From Bdellovibrionota bacterium (GTDB taxonomy: Bacteria; Bdellovibrionota_C; UBA2361; CAKMMH01): 64,000 nt of DNA. The position numbers and the translations under genes are program-made. Shown here piece by piece: positions 38,103 to 47,747 of this stretch. The stretch covers positions 96,001 to 160,000 of the forward strand of contig JBMNLI010000010.1 of assembly GCA_050952645.1 (NCBI GenBank), read 5' to 3'. Each line of letters opens with the position of its first letter. Position 1 is the first letter of the stretch. The notes beneath the pieces were generated by a model that did no database searches, was not told the DNA's origin, and was given only the letters and a program-made list of their open reading frames with translations.

Positions 38103-39200
38103 TTACGCTTTTTTAAAATTCGATAAATACTCCTCCATGCCATCTTGAATAGAATACTTTGGAGCATATCCTAAAAGTGCTTTAGATTTTGAGATATCTG
38201 CAAGTGAGTGTAAAATATCACCCTTTCTAAATGGCTTATATAAAGGCTCTTTATCTAAATTATTAAACCCTAAAGCTTCTAAACTAGAAACTATCATTTT
38301 ATATAATTCTTTAAGAGTGGTTCTTTTGCCAAAAGCTATATTATAAATATTATTTAGAGCGTTCTTATCTTCTAGAGTAGCACCTAAAATATTAGCTTGA
38401 ATAACATTCTTAACGTAGCAAAAATCTCTCGAAGTAGAGCCATCACCATTTATAGTGCATTTTTTGCCGTTAAGAATAGAGTCTACCCAAAGAGGTATAA
38501 CGGCAGCGTAAGCTCCTTTAGGGTTTTGTCTTTTTCCAAATACATTAAAATACCTAAGCCCAACATACTCGACGCCATAAAGCCTTGCGTACAAATCTGC
38601 ATAAAGCTCATCTGCATACTTAGTTAAGGCGTAAGGAGATAGTAGCTTTCCAATTTTTTCTTCTTTTTTATACTCATCTTGGTTATCGCCATAAACGGAA
38701 CTAGAAGATGCAAAAACTATCCTCTTTACATTGCTTTCGGACATCGCTTTTAGAATATTTACGAAACCCCCTACATTTACAGCTTCGCTATACTGAGGCT
38801 CATCGAGAGAACGTGGAACTGAACCTATGGCTGCTTGATGGATAACTGCGGATACTTTCTTCTTTAACGTATCTTTAATTAAATCGTAATCTCTAATATC
38901 ACCTTTTATAAAAACACAGTTTTTAGCTTTCTTCCCTACTAAATTTAACACATCATCTATGTTTTCTTGGTATCCAGTAGAAAGGTCATCTATTACAATA
39001 ACTTTTTGGTTTAATAATAAAAGAGTTTCTAAAATATTTGAGCCTATAAACCCAGCACCTCCAGTTAATAGAAAAGTTCTTGGCGATTTTTCTAATTTTT
39101 CTTTTGCTATTTCATATTTAACCGTTTTATCGTTAGCGTTTTTATTCTTAATATTTTTTTGCTTAGTATTATTCTTAGTATTATTCATAGTATTATTCAT
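38103..39200 (-). CDS. UDP-N-acetylglucosamine 4-epimerase-like SDR (WbpP/TviC type)
   Basis: TGGAGFIGS, HQAAIGSVPRS, SSSSVYGD, YALTK, LRYFNVFG, GAYAAVIP. Confidence 0.9.
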   Translation of the reverse strand: MNNTMNNTKNNTKQKNIKNKNANDKTVKYEIAKEKLEKSPRTFLLTGGAGFIGSNILETLLLLNQKVIVIDDLSTGYQENIDDVLNLVGKKAKNCVFIKGDIRDYDLIKDTLKKKVSAVIHQAAIGSVPRSLDEPQYSEAVNVGGFVNILKAMSESNVKRIVFASSSSVYGDNQDEYKKEEKIGKLLSPYALTKYADELYADLYARLYGVEYVGLRYFNVFGKRQNPKGAYAAVIPLWVDSILNGKKCTINGDGSTSRDFCYVKNVIQANILGATLEDKNALNNIYNIAFGKRTTLKELYKMIVSSLEALGFNNLDKEPLYKPFRKGDILHSLADISKSKALLGYAPKYSIQDGMEEYLSNFKKA

Positions 39201-39280
39201 AGCGCATAAACTTTTATAACTTGTTTTTTAATAAATACGATACTAATATTAACATCAAAGTATTATTAAAAAAAGTTATT

Positions 39281-40480
39281 ATGAAAAAAATATTAGTCCT
39301 TACAGTCGGCTTTCCATTTCCCGTTATTAAAGGCGATAGATTAAGAATCGTAAAAATATGCGAAGAGCTATCGAAAGACTTTGAACTAGACTTGCTCTGT
39401 CTTTGCACGAGGAAAGAAGAGCTAAACGAAAATCAACCTTATCTTTTATTTAAAACTGTAAATAAAGTCTATCTCCCAAAATACCAATCATTGCTTCAAG
39501 CCTTCCTAGCCTTATTTACTAAAGCCCCTATTCATCATAAATATTATTTTTCTTCAGTTTTTTTAAGAACATTAAGAGAAAAAAAAGATGATTACGATAT
39601 GATTTTAGCCCATCTACCGAGAACGGGGCAATACCTGCAATGCGTAGAACATCCTTTCAAATTTTTTGAACTTACAGATGTTTTTTCTATATCGTATAAA
39701 AATTTTTCATCTGAAAACAAGCTAGTTTCCCTAAGCTTAAAAAAGCTAGCATATAAAATCGAAACTACTAGAGAAAGAGAGTTTGAAAAAGCTATTATTC
39801 CTAACGTTAATATTTGTTCTTTTATTTCAAAAGAAACTTTAAAATTTCTTCCAACAGATTTAAGAAACTTACCAAACATTAAATTTTATCCTAATGGAGT
39901 CGACTTAAAAAAGTTTCCCTTCGTAGGCTCTAAACAATCTGGAACGATAATTTTTATAGGCAACATGGGCGCTGCGCAAAATATACTAGCTTGCAGATAT
40001 TTTCTAGATGAAATTTTCCCAGAAATATTACGAGAAATGCCAAAATTAAAATTTAAAATTATAGGCTCGATGCCACCTTTAGGTTTTAGGATATTTAGTA
40101 AATATAAAAATGTTGAGATTACAGGAAGAGTGCAAGAAATTTTCCCTCACGTAAAAAACTCTTTTTGTGCAGTATGTCCTACGTTTTTTGGAAATACTAT
40201 GCAAAATAAAATACTAGAATATATGGCTTTAGGAATTCCAGTAGTAACGAATTATAGTGGCATTTTAGGAATAAACGTGCAGGCAGGCTCAGAAATACTT
40301 ATAGCAGATACACCCTTAGATTGGAGATACCACATTGCAGAGCTTTATAACAATAAACACTTAAGAGATGAGCTTTCTAAAAATGCTAGAGAATACGTAG
40401 AAAAATACTGTTCTTGGGAGCAAGCGTTAAAAAATTTAAACAAGGACGTAAGGCTTTTACTGCAAAGAGAAAGCTTATAA
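39281..40480 (+). CDS. glycosyltransferase family 4
   Basis: PFPVIKGDRLR, PNGVD, FIGNM, QNKILEYMALGIPVV; start set at the ATG at 39281. Confidence 0.88.
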   Translation: MKKILVLTVGFPFPVIKGDRLRIVKICEELSKDFELDLLCLCTRKEELNENQPYLLFKTVNKVYLPKYQSLLQAFLALFTKAPIHHKYYFSSVFLRTLREKKDDYDMILAHLPRTGQYLQCVEHPFKFFELTDVFSISYKNFSSENKLVSLSLKKLAYKIETTREREFEKAIIPNVNICSFISKETLKFLPTDLRNLPNIKFYPNGVDLKKFPFVGSKQSGTIIFIGNMGAAQNILACRYFLDEIFPEILREMPKLKFKIIGSMPPLGFRIFSKYKNVEITGRVQEIFPHVKNSFCAVCPTFFGNTMQNKILEYMALGIPVVTNYSGILGINVQAGSEILIADTPLDWRYHIAELYNNKHLRDELSKNAREYVEKYCSWEQALKNLNKDVRLLLQRESL

Positions 40481-40514
40481 CAAATAACACGAATAACTAA
40501 CTATAATTTATAAG

Positions 40515-42221
40515 CTAAAGGCTTTTTGCTATAAACTTTGGTGATGAGAAACTTTCGCTTAGCAAATACTCATCTCCTAAACCTAAATCGCAAAGCATCT
40601 CTAAACTTTTACTAATATTTTTAAAACTTTGTAGCGTATCTTTTAGGCTCTCTATATTCATGCTTATAAGCTCTATAAAGCTAACGCCTAGCACTTTATA
40701 TTTTACGAAATGCTCTCCCTCTTCTTTGCCATCTAAGAACGTATTTAATTTTGAAAGAGAAAAATCTCGCTCCTTTAAATTAGACGACGATATATCAAAC
40801 GACGATAAATATAGTTTTACTATTTTCTTATATAAATTATCGTAATCTCCTAAAATTTTTACTTTCTTATTTTTAACCTTTTCTTGCAAAGTAAAAAAAT
40901 TATATTCTTTAATATTAAATATAGGCACGCTTTCTTTACTTAATATCTCATTTTTAGAAAGTAAAAAGTAATTTTCAAAATTTTCATTTACTAACTTTAA
41001 AAACTCTCCCTTTTCTTTTTTTTCTAAGCAATCAAAAATATCTTTTATAACGAGCGATACGTTTTTAGGAAGTGCTTTAAAAATTACGCTAAGCATAATT
41101 TTAAAAAAATCACTAAAAGATAAATCTTTCATAAGAGTATTTAAGCTTACATTACTTACTAAAAACTTATTTAATAACTCTAGCCTATCTTTTATCGCAA
41201 CTAATATTTCACGCCCTAAAAAAGAATCGCTTTTTAATTTATCATTTATATTTTTAGTTAAATCTTTTATCGGTAGCAAAGAAAAAGATGAATACGGCAA
41301 ACCATTATAAATATATTCCTCTTTTTTATTATATTTAACATTTTTGTTATATTTAATATCGACGCTTATAAAAGGTTTAAAAGTTTTATTGCATTCTAGG
41401 CATACGAAATCGTTAAAACTAATTTCTCTTTCCTCCACCAACTCTTGCTTATCATTATCAAAGAAAAATAATTTTATCTCTTTTTCCCCTAATTTATTCT
41501 CTAGTTTTTTCTCTGGTATTTCCTCTAGTTTTTCCTCTAGTTTTTCTTCTAGCTCTTTTATAGAATTAAATATTTTAATCGACTCATTATCATCGTTTAT
41601 GTTTTTTATCTTATGCGTTTTATAGATAGCAAAAGAGTTTTTTAAAGCCTTATCTTTATTAAATGCATCATTAAATGCATTATTAAATTCGCTTAGCTCT
41701 TTAATTTGTAAATTGTTTATAATCTTAAAAATACCTAACTTTTCTAATCGCTCACTTTTAATATTAGAAATTTTAAAACTTATAATTAACATTAAATTTC
41801 TACACGAACTATTTAAATTTTGAGCATTTAAAATTATATCTTTTAATCCACTAATGCTAAATTTTGATAATGTTTTTTTACAATCCGTGCAATAAGGCAC
41901 CGAGTAAGTTTCGTAAAGATAATTTACAGCCTCTTTAATATTTAAAAAACTTAAAATATCCTCGTTTAAATTTTGGGCAAAAAGAGTATTAAAATCTACT
42001 AGGAAAAAGCCTTTATTTTCAAAGTCTTGTAAGCGCATCTCTAATCTTTTAAACGTATTAAACTTTGAAAGTTTTAAGATATTAAAAAAAGGCGAATTGC
42101 CACTACTTACAGCTAAATTGCTATTTAAATTGCTATTTAAATTATTACTTAAATCTTCTTTTAATTTTACTATATTATTTGATGTTTTATCTTTGTAAAA
42201 AATATTATAATCTTTACTCAT
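40515..42221 (-). CDS. highly degenerate UvrA-like protein
   Basis: PYCTDC, FVCLEC, RLELL..LSFSDFFKIML and SLEMLCDLGL are collinear with UvrA, but there is no Walker A or LSGGE. Confidence 0.6.
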   Translation of the reverse strand: MSKDYNIFYKDKTSNNIVKLKEDLSNNLNSNLNSNLAVSSGNSPFFNILKLSKFNTFKRLEMRLQDFENKGFFLVDFNTLFAQNLNEDILSFLNIKEAVNYLYETYSVPYCTDCKKTLSKFSISGLKDIILNAQNLNSSCRNLMLIISFKISNIKSERLEKLGIFKIINNLQIKELSEFNNAFNDAFNKDKALKNSFAIYKTHKIKNINDDNESIKIFNSIKELEEKLEEKLEEIPEKKLENKLGEKEIKLFFFDNDKQELVEEREISFNDFVCLECNKTFKPFISVDIKYNKNVKYNKKEEYIYNGLPYSSFSLLPIKDLTKNINDKLKSDSFLGREILVAIKDRLELLNKFLVSNVSLNTLMKDLSFSDFFKIMLSVIFKALPKNVSLVIKDIFDCLEKKEKGEFLKLVNENFENYFLLSKNEILSKESVPIFNIKEYNFFTLQEKVKNKKVKILGDYDNLYKKIVKLYLSSFDISSSNLKERDFSLSKLNTFLDGKEEGEHFVKYKVLGVSFIELISMNIESLKDTLQSFKNISKSLEMLCDLGLGDEYLLSESFSSPKFIAKSL

Positions 42222-42267
42222 AACTTTATTTTAAAATAATTTTAAAAAACTTAACAGATATTAGTAT

Positions 42268-43644
42268 ATGGAAACTTCGCTTCAAAAAACTTATAAATAT
42301 AAGACTTTTAACTTTGATAGCTACGAATTTAACAAAGACACTCTTAAGCTAGAATTAAATTATTCATTAGATAACGAGATTAAGTTTACAGAAACTCTAC
42401 AATTTGAACACAAGATAGATTTTAAGCATATAAATGAAGGCAATTTAAATACTATCTTAAAAAATGTTCATTTGGCGTTTGGGGTTAGCTATTACAAAAC
42501 GTATTGTCCTAAAAATATTAGCTTGCCTTTTTATAAGCTTACTGAAAATGAAGCAAATTTTTGGTCTGCGTTTTATAAAAACAGCCTTGGAGAGTTTTGT
42601 TTTAAAAACGAGCTTGACCCTAGTATAATAGCTACTTTTCCTTTTAATAACGACTATACCTTAAAGGCTTTTAATGTGGAACTTAAAAAACGCTATCTTC
42701 TCCCGATAGGTGGCGGAAAGGATTCTATCTTAAGTGCTAATATATTAAAACATTTAGGAAAGGACACTACGGCTTTCGTTTTAAAACCTCATAAACTTAT
42801 CGATGCTGGGATAGAGCTTCTAGGCTTAGATGCGATACGAATTAACAGAGTGCTTTGTCCTAATATTTTTGAGCTTAATAAGCAAGGGGCGCTTAATGGA
42901 CACGTTCCGATAACGGGTTTTATATCTTTTTTATTGATTCTTAGTGCTTACTTATATGATTTTAGCGACGTAGTGCTTTCTTTAGAAAATAGTGCTAGTG
43001 AAGAGCAGGCTTATATTGGGGATTTTAAAGTCAATCATCAATATTCTAAGTCTATTATTTTTGAAGAAGCGTTTATAAAACATTTAAAAGAAAATATTTC
43101 AAAAGATTTTAATTACTATAGCTTACTTCGCCCCTTTAATGAGCTTTTAATTGCTAAACTTTTTGCTAGTGATGCTTTAGATTGTAAAAAGCATTTTACT
43201 TCTTTTAGTAGTTGTAATAAAAATTTTACGATAGGAAATCCTTTAAAAGAAAGGTGGTGTGCAAATTGTCCTAAATGTGCTTTCGTATATCTACTTTTTG
43301 CTCCATTTTTATCTGATGATGATTTAAATTTAATTTTCGAGGATAATTTTTTAGCAAAGACCGCGTTAAAGGAAACCTACTTAGAGCTTTTAGGGTTAAG
43401 GGAACATAGACCTTTTGAATGTGTAGGCTCGTTAGATGAGACTATCGTTTCTTTTTATCTATTATATAAGCAGAAGCGTTTTTTAGATACAGAGCCATTA
43501 AAGGAATTTATAAAAAATATCATTAGCACTAAAACTATTAGTGAGCTAGAGGCGCTTTCAAAGCGTGTAATGTCTATACAAAAAGAGCACTTTATAACAG
43601 ACGATAAAATAATAAAATTTTTAAAAAAGCTTAGTTTAAGATGA
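42268..43644 (+). CDS. murL: UDP-MurNAc-L-Ala-L-Glu epimerase
   Basis: GVSYYK, PIGGGKDS, GALNGHVPIT, VNHQYSKS, YYSLLRP, FSSCN, WCANCPKC, PFECVG; ATGA overlap with a murD-like gene. Confidence 0.88.
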   Translation: METSLQKTYKYKTFNFDSYEFNKDTLKLELNYSLDNEIKFTETLQFEHKIDFKHINEGNLNTILKNVHLAFGVSYYKTYCPKNISLPFYKLTENEANFWSAFYKNSLGEFCFKNELDPSIIATFPFNNDYTLKAFNVELKKRYLLPIGGGKDSILSANILKHLGKDTTAFVLKPHKLIDAGIELLGLDAIRINRVLCPNIFELNKQGALNGHVPITGFISFLLILSAYLYDFSDVVLSLENSASEEQAYIGDFKVNHQYSKSIIFEEAFIKHLKENISKDFNYYSLLRPFNELLIAKLFASDALDCKKHFTSFSSCNKNFTIGNPLKERWCANCPKCAFVYLLFAPFLSDDDLNLIFEDNFLAKTALKETYLELLGLREHRPFECVGSLDETIVSFYLLYKQKRFLDTEPLKEFIKNIISTKTISELEALSKRVMSIQKEHFITDDKIIKFLKKLSLR

Positions 43645-45068
43645 ATGGGAAAATAAAAAATAATATAAAAAATAATAATAAAAATAAAGATAAATATATA
43701 ATCCTTGGGCTTCGAGTAGAGGGGCAAGCTAGTTTAGAGTTTTTACTTACTAAAACACTGCCTCAAAACATAGTATTAGCCGACCAAAATAAGGAGGCGT
43801 TAAAAAATGAAAAGCTTTCGATGCTTTCAAAGGATATTCCTGCTAAGAATTTATTTTTAGGCGATAATTATTTAGATGCTTTAGATAGTGGAAATATAGT
43901 AGTTAAAAGTGCTGGAATTTGTATAAATAAAACGGAAAAATTAAAAAATTATATTGAAGATAATAAATTAAGATTAAGCTCTAATACCGATTTATTTTAT
44001 GAGAATAAAAAAGGAAAAGTTATAGCCGTTTCAGGTTCAAAGGGGAAAAGCACTACTACTACTCTTACTTATGAAATTTTTAAAAATGCTAAATTTGATG
44101 CTAGACTTATTGGAAACATTGGAAACCCTGGCACTTACGAGCTAAAGACTGAAACTTCAGACACTATATATATTTTTGAAATGTCTAGCTATCAACTAGA
44201 AAATCTTAATCATAAGATAGATGTAGGTATTTTTACAAGTTTTTTTAGAGAACATTTAGACTATCATTTAACGCTTGAGAACTATAAAAATGCGAAATTA
44301 AATTTGCCTAAAAATATAAAAGATGATGGAGCTTTTATATATAATCCATCACTTCTTGAAACGTTACTTGGATTTAGCAAAGTGCTAGATGATTTAAAGT
44401 GCAAGAAGCTAGCGTCTATAGATGAGCATAATTACATAAAAGATGGGTATATTTTCGTTTGTGATAAAAAATTTATAAATACTTCAGAACTTTTTATTAT
44501 AGGAGAGCATAATTATAAGAATGTTCTGTTAGCGATAAGAGCTGCGAAACTTTTTAATATAGAAGATGAGATAATAAAAGAAACGCTTAGAAATTTCAAA
44601 CCGCTTCCTCATAGGCTTGCAGCCGTAGGGGCTATAAATGGAGTGCATTTTATAGATGATGCCATTTCTACCACTCCAGAGTCTACCATAGCTGCGATAG
44701 AAAGTTCAAGTTTACCGATATACTCCATTATTTTAGGGGGATTAGATAGGGGGTATGATTTTAAAGAGCTTATAGAAAAAGTTTTTAAGAAAGATATTAA
44801 AAGGATAGCTTTTTTAAAGGATAGTGGCGTTAGGATAAGAGAGGAGCTTATAAAATTTTATGAATTAAAAGAAAAAGAAGTGCCAGAAAATAAAATTTTT
44901 GATTCTATGCATGGCATTATAGATTTTTGTGCTAAAGATGCTCCTAAAGATACTATTTGCCTACTTTCCTGCGCCTCTCCTAGTTATAGCATATTTAAAA
45001 ATTATATAGAGAAAGGAAATTTATTTAGAGAAGAGATAAAACGCTGGGAAGAAAATAAGATAGGATAA
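43641..45068 (+). CDS. murD2: MurD-family ligase, probably MurD2 (adds L-Glu)
   Basis: GSKGKSTT, GNIG, EMSSYQL, EHLDYH, PLPHRL, DDAISTTP, SCASPSY; coupled to murL. Confidence 0.85.
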   Translation: MNGKIKNNIKNNNKNKDKYIILGLRVEGQASLEFLLTKTLPQNIVLADQNKEALKNEKLSMLSKDIPAKNLFLGDNYLDALDSGNIVVKSAGICINKTEKLKNYIEDNKLRLSSNTDLFYENKKGKVIAVSGSKGKSTTTTLTYEIFKNAKFDARLIGNIGNPGTYELKTETSDTIYIFEMSSYQLENLNHKIDVGIFTSFFREHLDYHLTLENYKNAKLNLPKNIKDDGAFIYNPSLLETLLGFSKVLDDLKCKKLASIDEHNYIKDGYIFVCDKKFINTSELFIIGEHNYKNVLLAIRAAKLFNIEDEIIKETLRNFKPLPHRLAAVGAINGVHFIDDAISTTPESTIAAIESSSLPIYSIILGGLDRGYDFKELIEKVFKKDIKRIAFLKDSGVRIREELIKFYELKEKEVPENKIFDSMHGIIDFCAKDAPKDTICLLSCASPSYSIFKNYIEKGNLFREEIKRWEENKIG

Positions 45069-45162
45069 AATAAAATAAAATAAAATAAAACTTTATTATT
45101 TTTTTATACTTTCCGATATAAGTACCAAGTAGTTTAAAAATATTTCGGAGTAGTAATAAAAT

Positions 45163-47688
45163 ATGACAATTATTTCAGCCCCTAAAACTCAGGCAAATAA
45201 TATGACGCCTAGTGCGCAGCAACAAAATAGCCATAAAAATGATTTAGCTAATACAGGATTAAGGACAGAAAATAACGGTGAAATTTTTAAACAATTAATG
45301 GCTAACCAAAATGCCCAAACTAATGCAAAAAAAGACAGTATTGTTGTTAGAGGACAAGAAGCAAATAACACTTCCAAGCAGGATACTCAAGAAAGGGCAA
45401 ATAATCAAAGTACAAATATTAAGGAAACAGCTACAAGAACTGAAGAACCAAAAGAAAACTTAGAAGAAACATATAAATATATTGCTACGAAAACCACAAC
45501 ACAAACTCGTGATATCTATAATATACAAGTAGCAGAAGGCACTGCCCTTTGCGATTATCGTGGAATAGAATATAAAACCGACCAAAATGGCAATGTAAAT
45601 TTCTCTATACCAAAAAACTATAAAGGGACATTATATGTAAAAGATAAGGCTACCGGTAAAATCTTAAAAGATGCACAAGGGAAACCTTATACAATTGTTA
45701 TTTTTAACACTAGAAACGCAGAGACGACTCAGGAATTTACCATTAATCACGCTAGCAATAATCAGACTACAACGAACCAAACACGTAGCATAGAAATTCA
45801 AAACCCTTTAAATCGAACAATGCAAGAACAACCATCAGAAACTAAAGAAAATTTAAATAAAGAAGATTTATCAAATATAAAAATTACTAAAAGTGGAGAT
45901 TACCAAAGTAATTATGGAGCTTTTAGCTCTTTTCGATGCGAACTTCCAAATGGAGTAAATGTTGCAATTCCTATAAGAACACAAAATGGCACTAAACTCC
46001 AAATATACAAAAATGGAGAATTTAGTCTCTATCATGGCTCGACCGCAACCATCTTCTTAGTAGATCAAAATGGAGATAAATTAAAAGATGATAATGGAAA
46101 TGAATTATCTTGCAAATTTACCAATAGTCATAATCCTTCCGATAGCTTAAATTTCGGAGCATCAAATATAATTAAAGAAGAAAAGGAACAAGAAAATACT
46201 AATAATATAGTTGGTGGGAATGTAGCGTTTCAAACTATTACTACAAATAAAACTGAAACGTATGTAGAGAGACGAAGAGGACTTTTTGGTAGAGCACGAC
46301 ACTCACAGCCCCACACAAGAAATGTACAAGCGACCACTACAAGTGCTGCTATAACATTAGATGAAGGAGTGTCTGTATATTTTACTCAGCCTACTGAAGC
46401 TAAGGAAAATGAAAATAGCTTAAGCTTTAATATCGATAAACCCACTACATTTTGCACGATAAAAGACAATGAAGTCCAAAATGTATATACGATAAGTCCT
46501 GAAAACAAAGGCAAAATCAGTGAAACACTAGGAGAAGAAAAGAAAAAAGCTATCGACTCTTATAATAAAAGGCTACTACCAATAAATGATACAAAAGAAA
46601 CTATTCTAACTGCAAGAGAATATATAAAACTTAAAAGAAATGATGAGAACAATATTACAAATATTTCTATAAATACTGAAAATTATACAAATAATCTTTC
46701 ACTAGAAGATAAAAATTTTGTAGATACAGAAAGAAACATTGTTGAAAATATTAAACTTTATGCAGATGGAAATTTATCGTTTACTACCCAAACGCTTGAA
46801 GATAATAAAAATAAAACTTTTATTCATAAAATCGATGCTAACGGAACTTACACAAAAGAAGAACTTAAAGGCAATATCTTTAATGCAAAAGTTAATGTAT
46901 TAGAATATTCAGACCTTCCTAATAATAACCAAGAAGAAGCTAAAGAAGGAAATATACAAAAAATAACAAGAACAATAAGACCAGATAAGGAAACCTTAAA
47001 TGGAGATGCACGTAAGACACTACAATTTGCCAAAAAAAATAACACTATGCCTTTATTCTTTGTAAGCGTTCACGGTAATTTAAACTATAACACAATGACA
47101 GGTCGTAATTCAGATTGGATAAATATAATAGCAAGCCAAGCAAAGGAAGTAGGTTATGATGGCCCAATAGTAATTCAAATGCAACATTGTTACTCGGTAG
47201 TAACTCGACAAGAAAGAGAGGCGATGAGTAATTTACCAGCAGGCTCTTATTTAATAAAATCACAAGACAATAATCTTAGCTACTACAATCCAAACACTCC
47301 TCAATCTGCCGATGGAAGCACTATACCTGAAGCTCAAAATGCATCTACATTAAGTAATATAGCATATTTTGCTACACATGTTATAGCATCAAGCAATAAT
47401 ATAACAGCAGCAATCGTTACTAAAAATAAAGAGGTAGAGATATTTGCTGAAAAAAACCCATTTCAAATATTATCTGCTAACGGGCAGCTTTTATGCAAAA
47501 GTAAATCAAATGATGAACTCCCTAATTTTGACGAAAACGAAGCAAGAAATATATTAGAAAATTCTGGAGTTGTTCAAAACAGAATAAATTTTTATATATC
47601 TCATTCTAAATTTCAATTTGGAGCGAAACTTATAAAATATGCAAACGAGCAAACGGATTATCCATTTAGCTCAATTTTAAACAATTAG
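45163..47688 (+). CDS. large hypothetical protein; possible C-terminal clan CD cysteine peptidase domain
   Basis: 841-aa ORF, Gln/Asn/Thr-rich N-terminus; LFFVSVHG and IVIQMQHCYS with His and Cys 39 residues apart. Confidence 0.7.
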   Translation: MTIISAPKTQANNMTPSAQQQNSHKNDLANTGLRTENNGEIFKQLMANQNAQTNAKKDSIVVRGQEANNTSKQDTQERANNQSTNIKETATRTEEPKENLEETYKYIATKTTTQTRDIYNIQVAEGTALCDYRGIEYKTDQNGNVNFSIPKNYKGTLYVKDKATGKILKDAQGKPYTIVIFNTRNAETTQEFTINHASNNQTTTNQTRSIEIQNPLNRTMQEQPSETKENLNKEDLSNIKITKSGDYQSNYGAFSSFRCELPNGVNVAIPIRTQNGTKLQIYKNGEFSLYHGSTATIFLVDQNGDKLKDDNGNELSCKFTNSHNPSDSLNFGASNIIKEEKEQENTNNIVGGNVAFQTITTNKTETYVERRRGLFGRARHSQPHTRNVQATTTSAAITLDEGVSVYFTQPTEAKENENSLSFNIDKPTTFCTIKDNEVQNVYTISPENKGKISETLGEEKKKAIDSYNKRLLPINDTKETILTAREYIKLKRNDENNITNISINTENYTNNLSLEDKNFVDTERNIVENIKLYADGNLSFTTQTLEDNKNKTFIHKIDANGTYTKEELKGNIFNAKVNVLEYSDLPNNNQEEAKEGNIQKITRTIRPDKETLNGDARKTLQFAKKNNTMPLFFVSVHGNLNYNTMTGRNSDWINIIASQAKEVGYDGPIVIQMQHCYSVVTRQEREAMSNLPAGSYLIKSQDNNLSYYNPNTPQSADGSTIPEAQNASTLSNIAYFATHVIASSNNITAAIVTKNKEVEIFAEKNPFQILSANGQLLCKSKSNDELPNFDENEARNILENSGVVQNRINFYISHSKFQFGAKLIKYANEQTDYPFSSILNN

Positions 47689-47747
47689 TGTTTGTAATTT
47701 TTAGCTAACTTTCACTTAAGTTTCCCTATTTTAACTAACTGCTCTTT

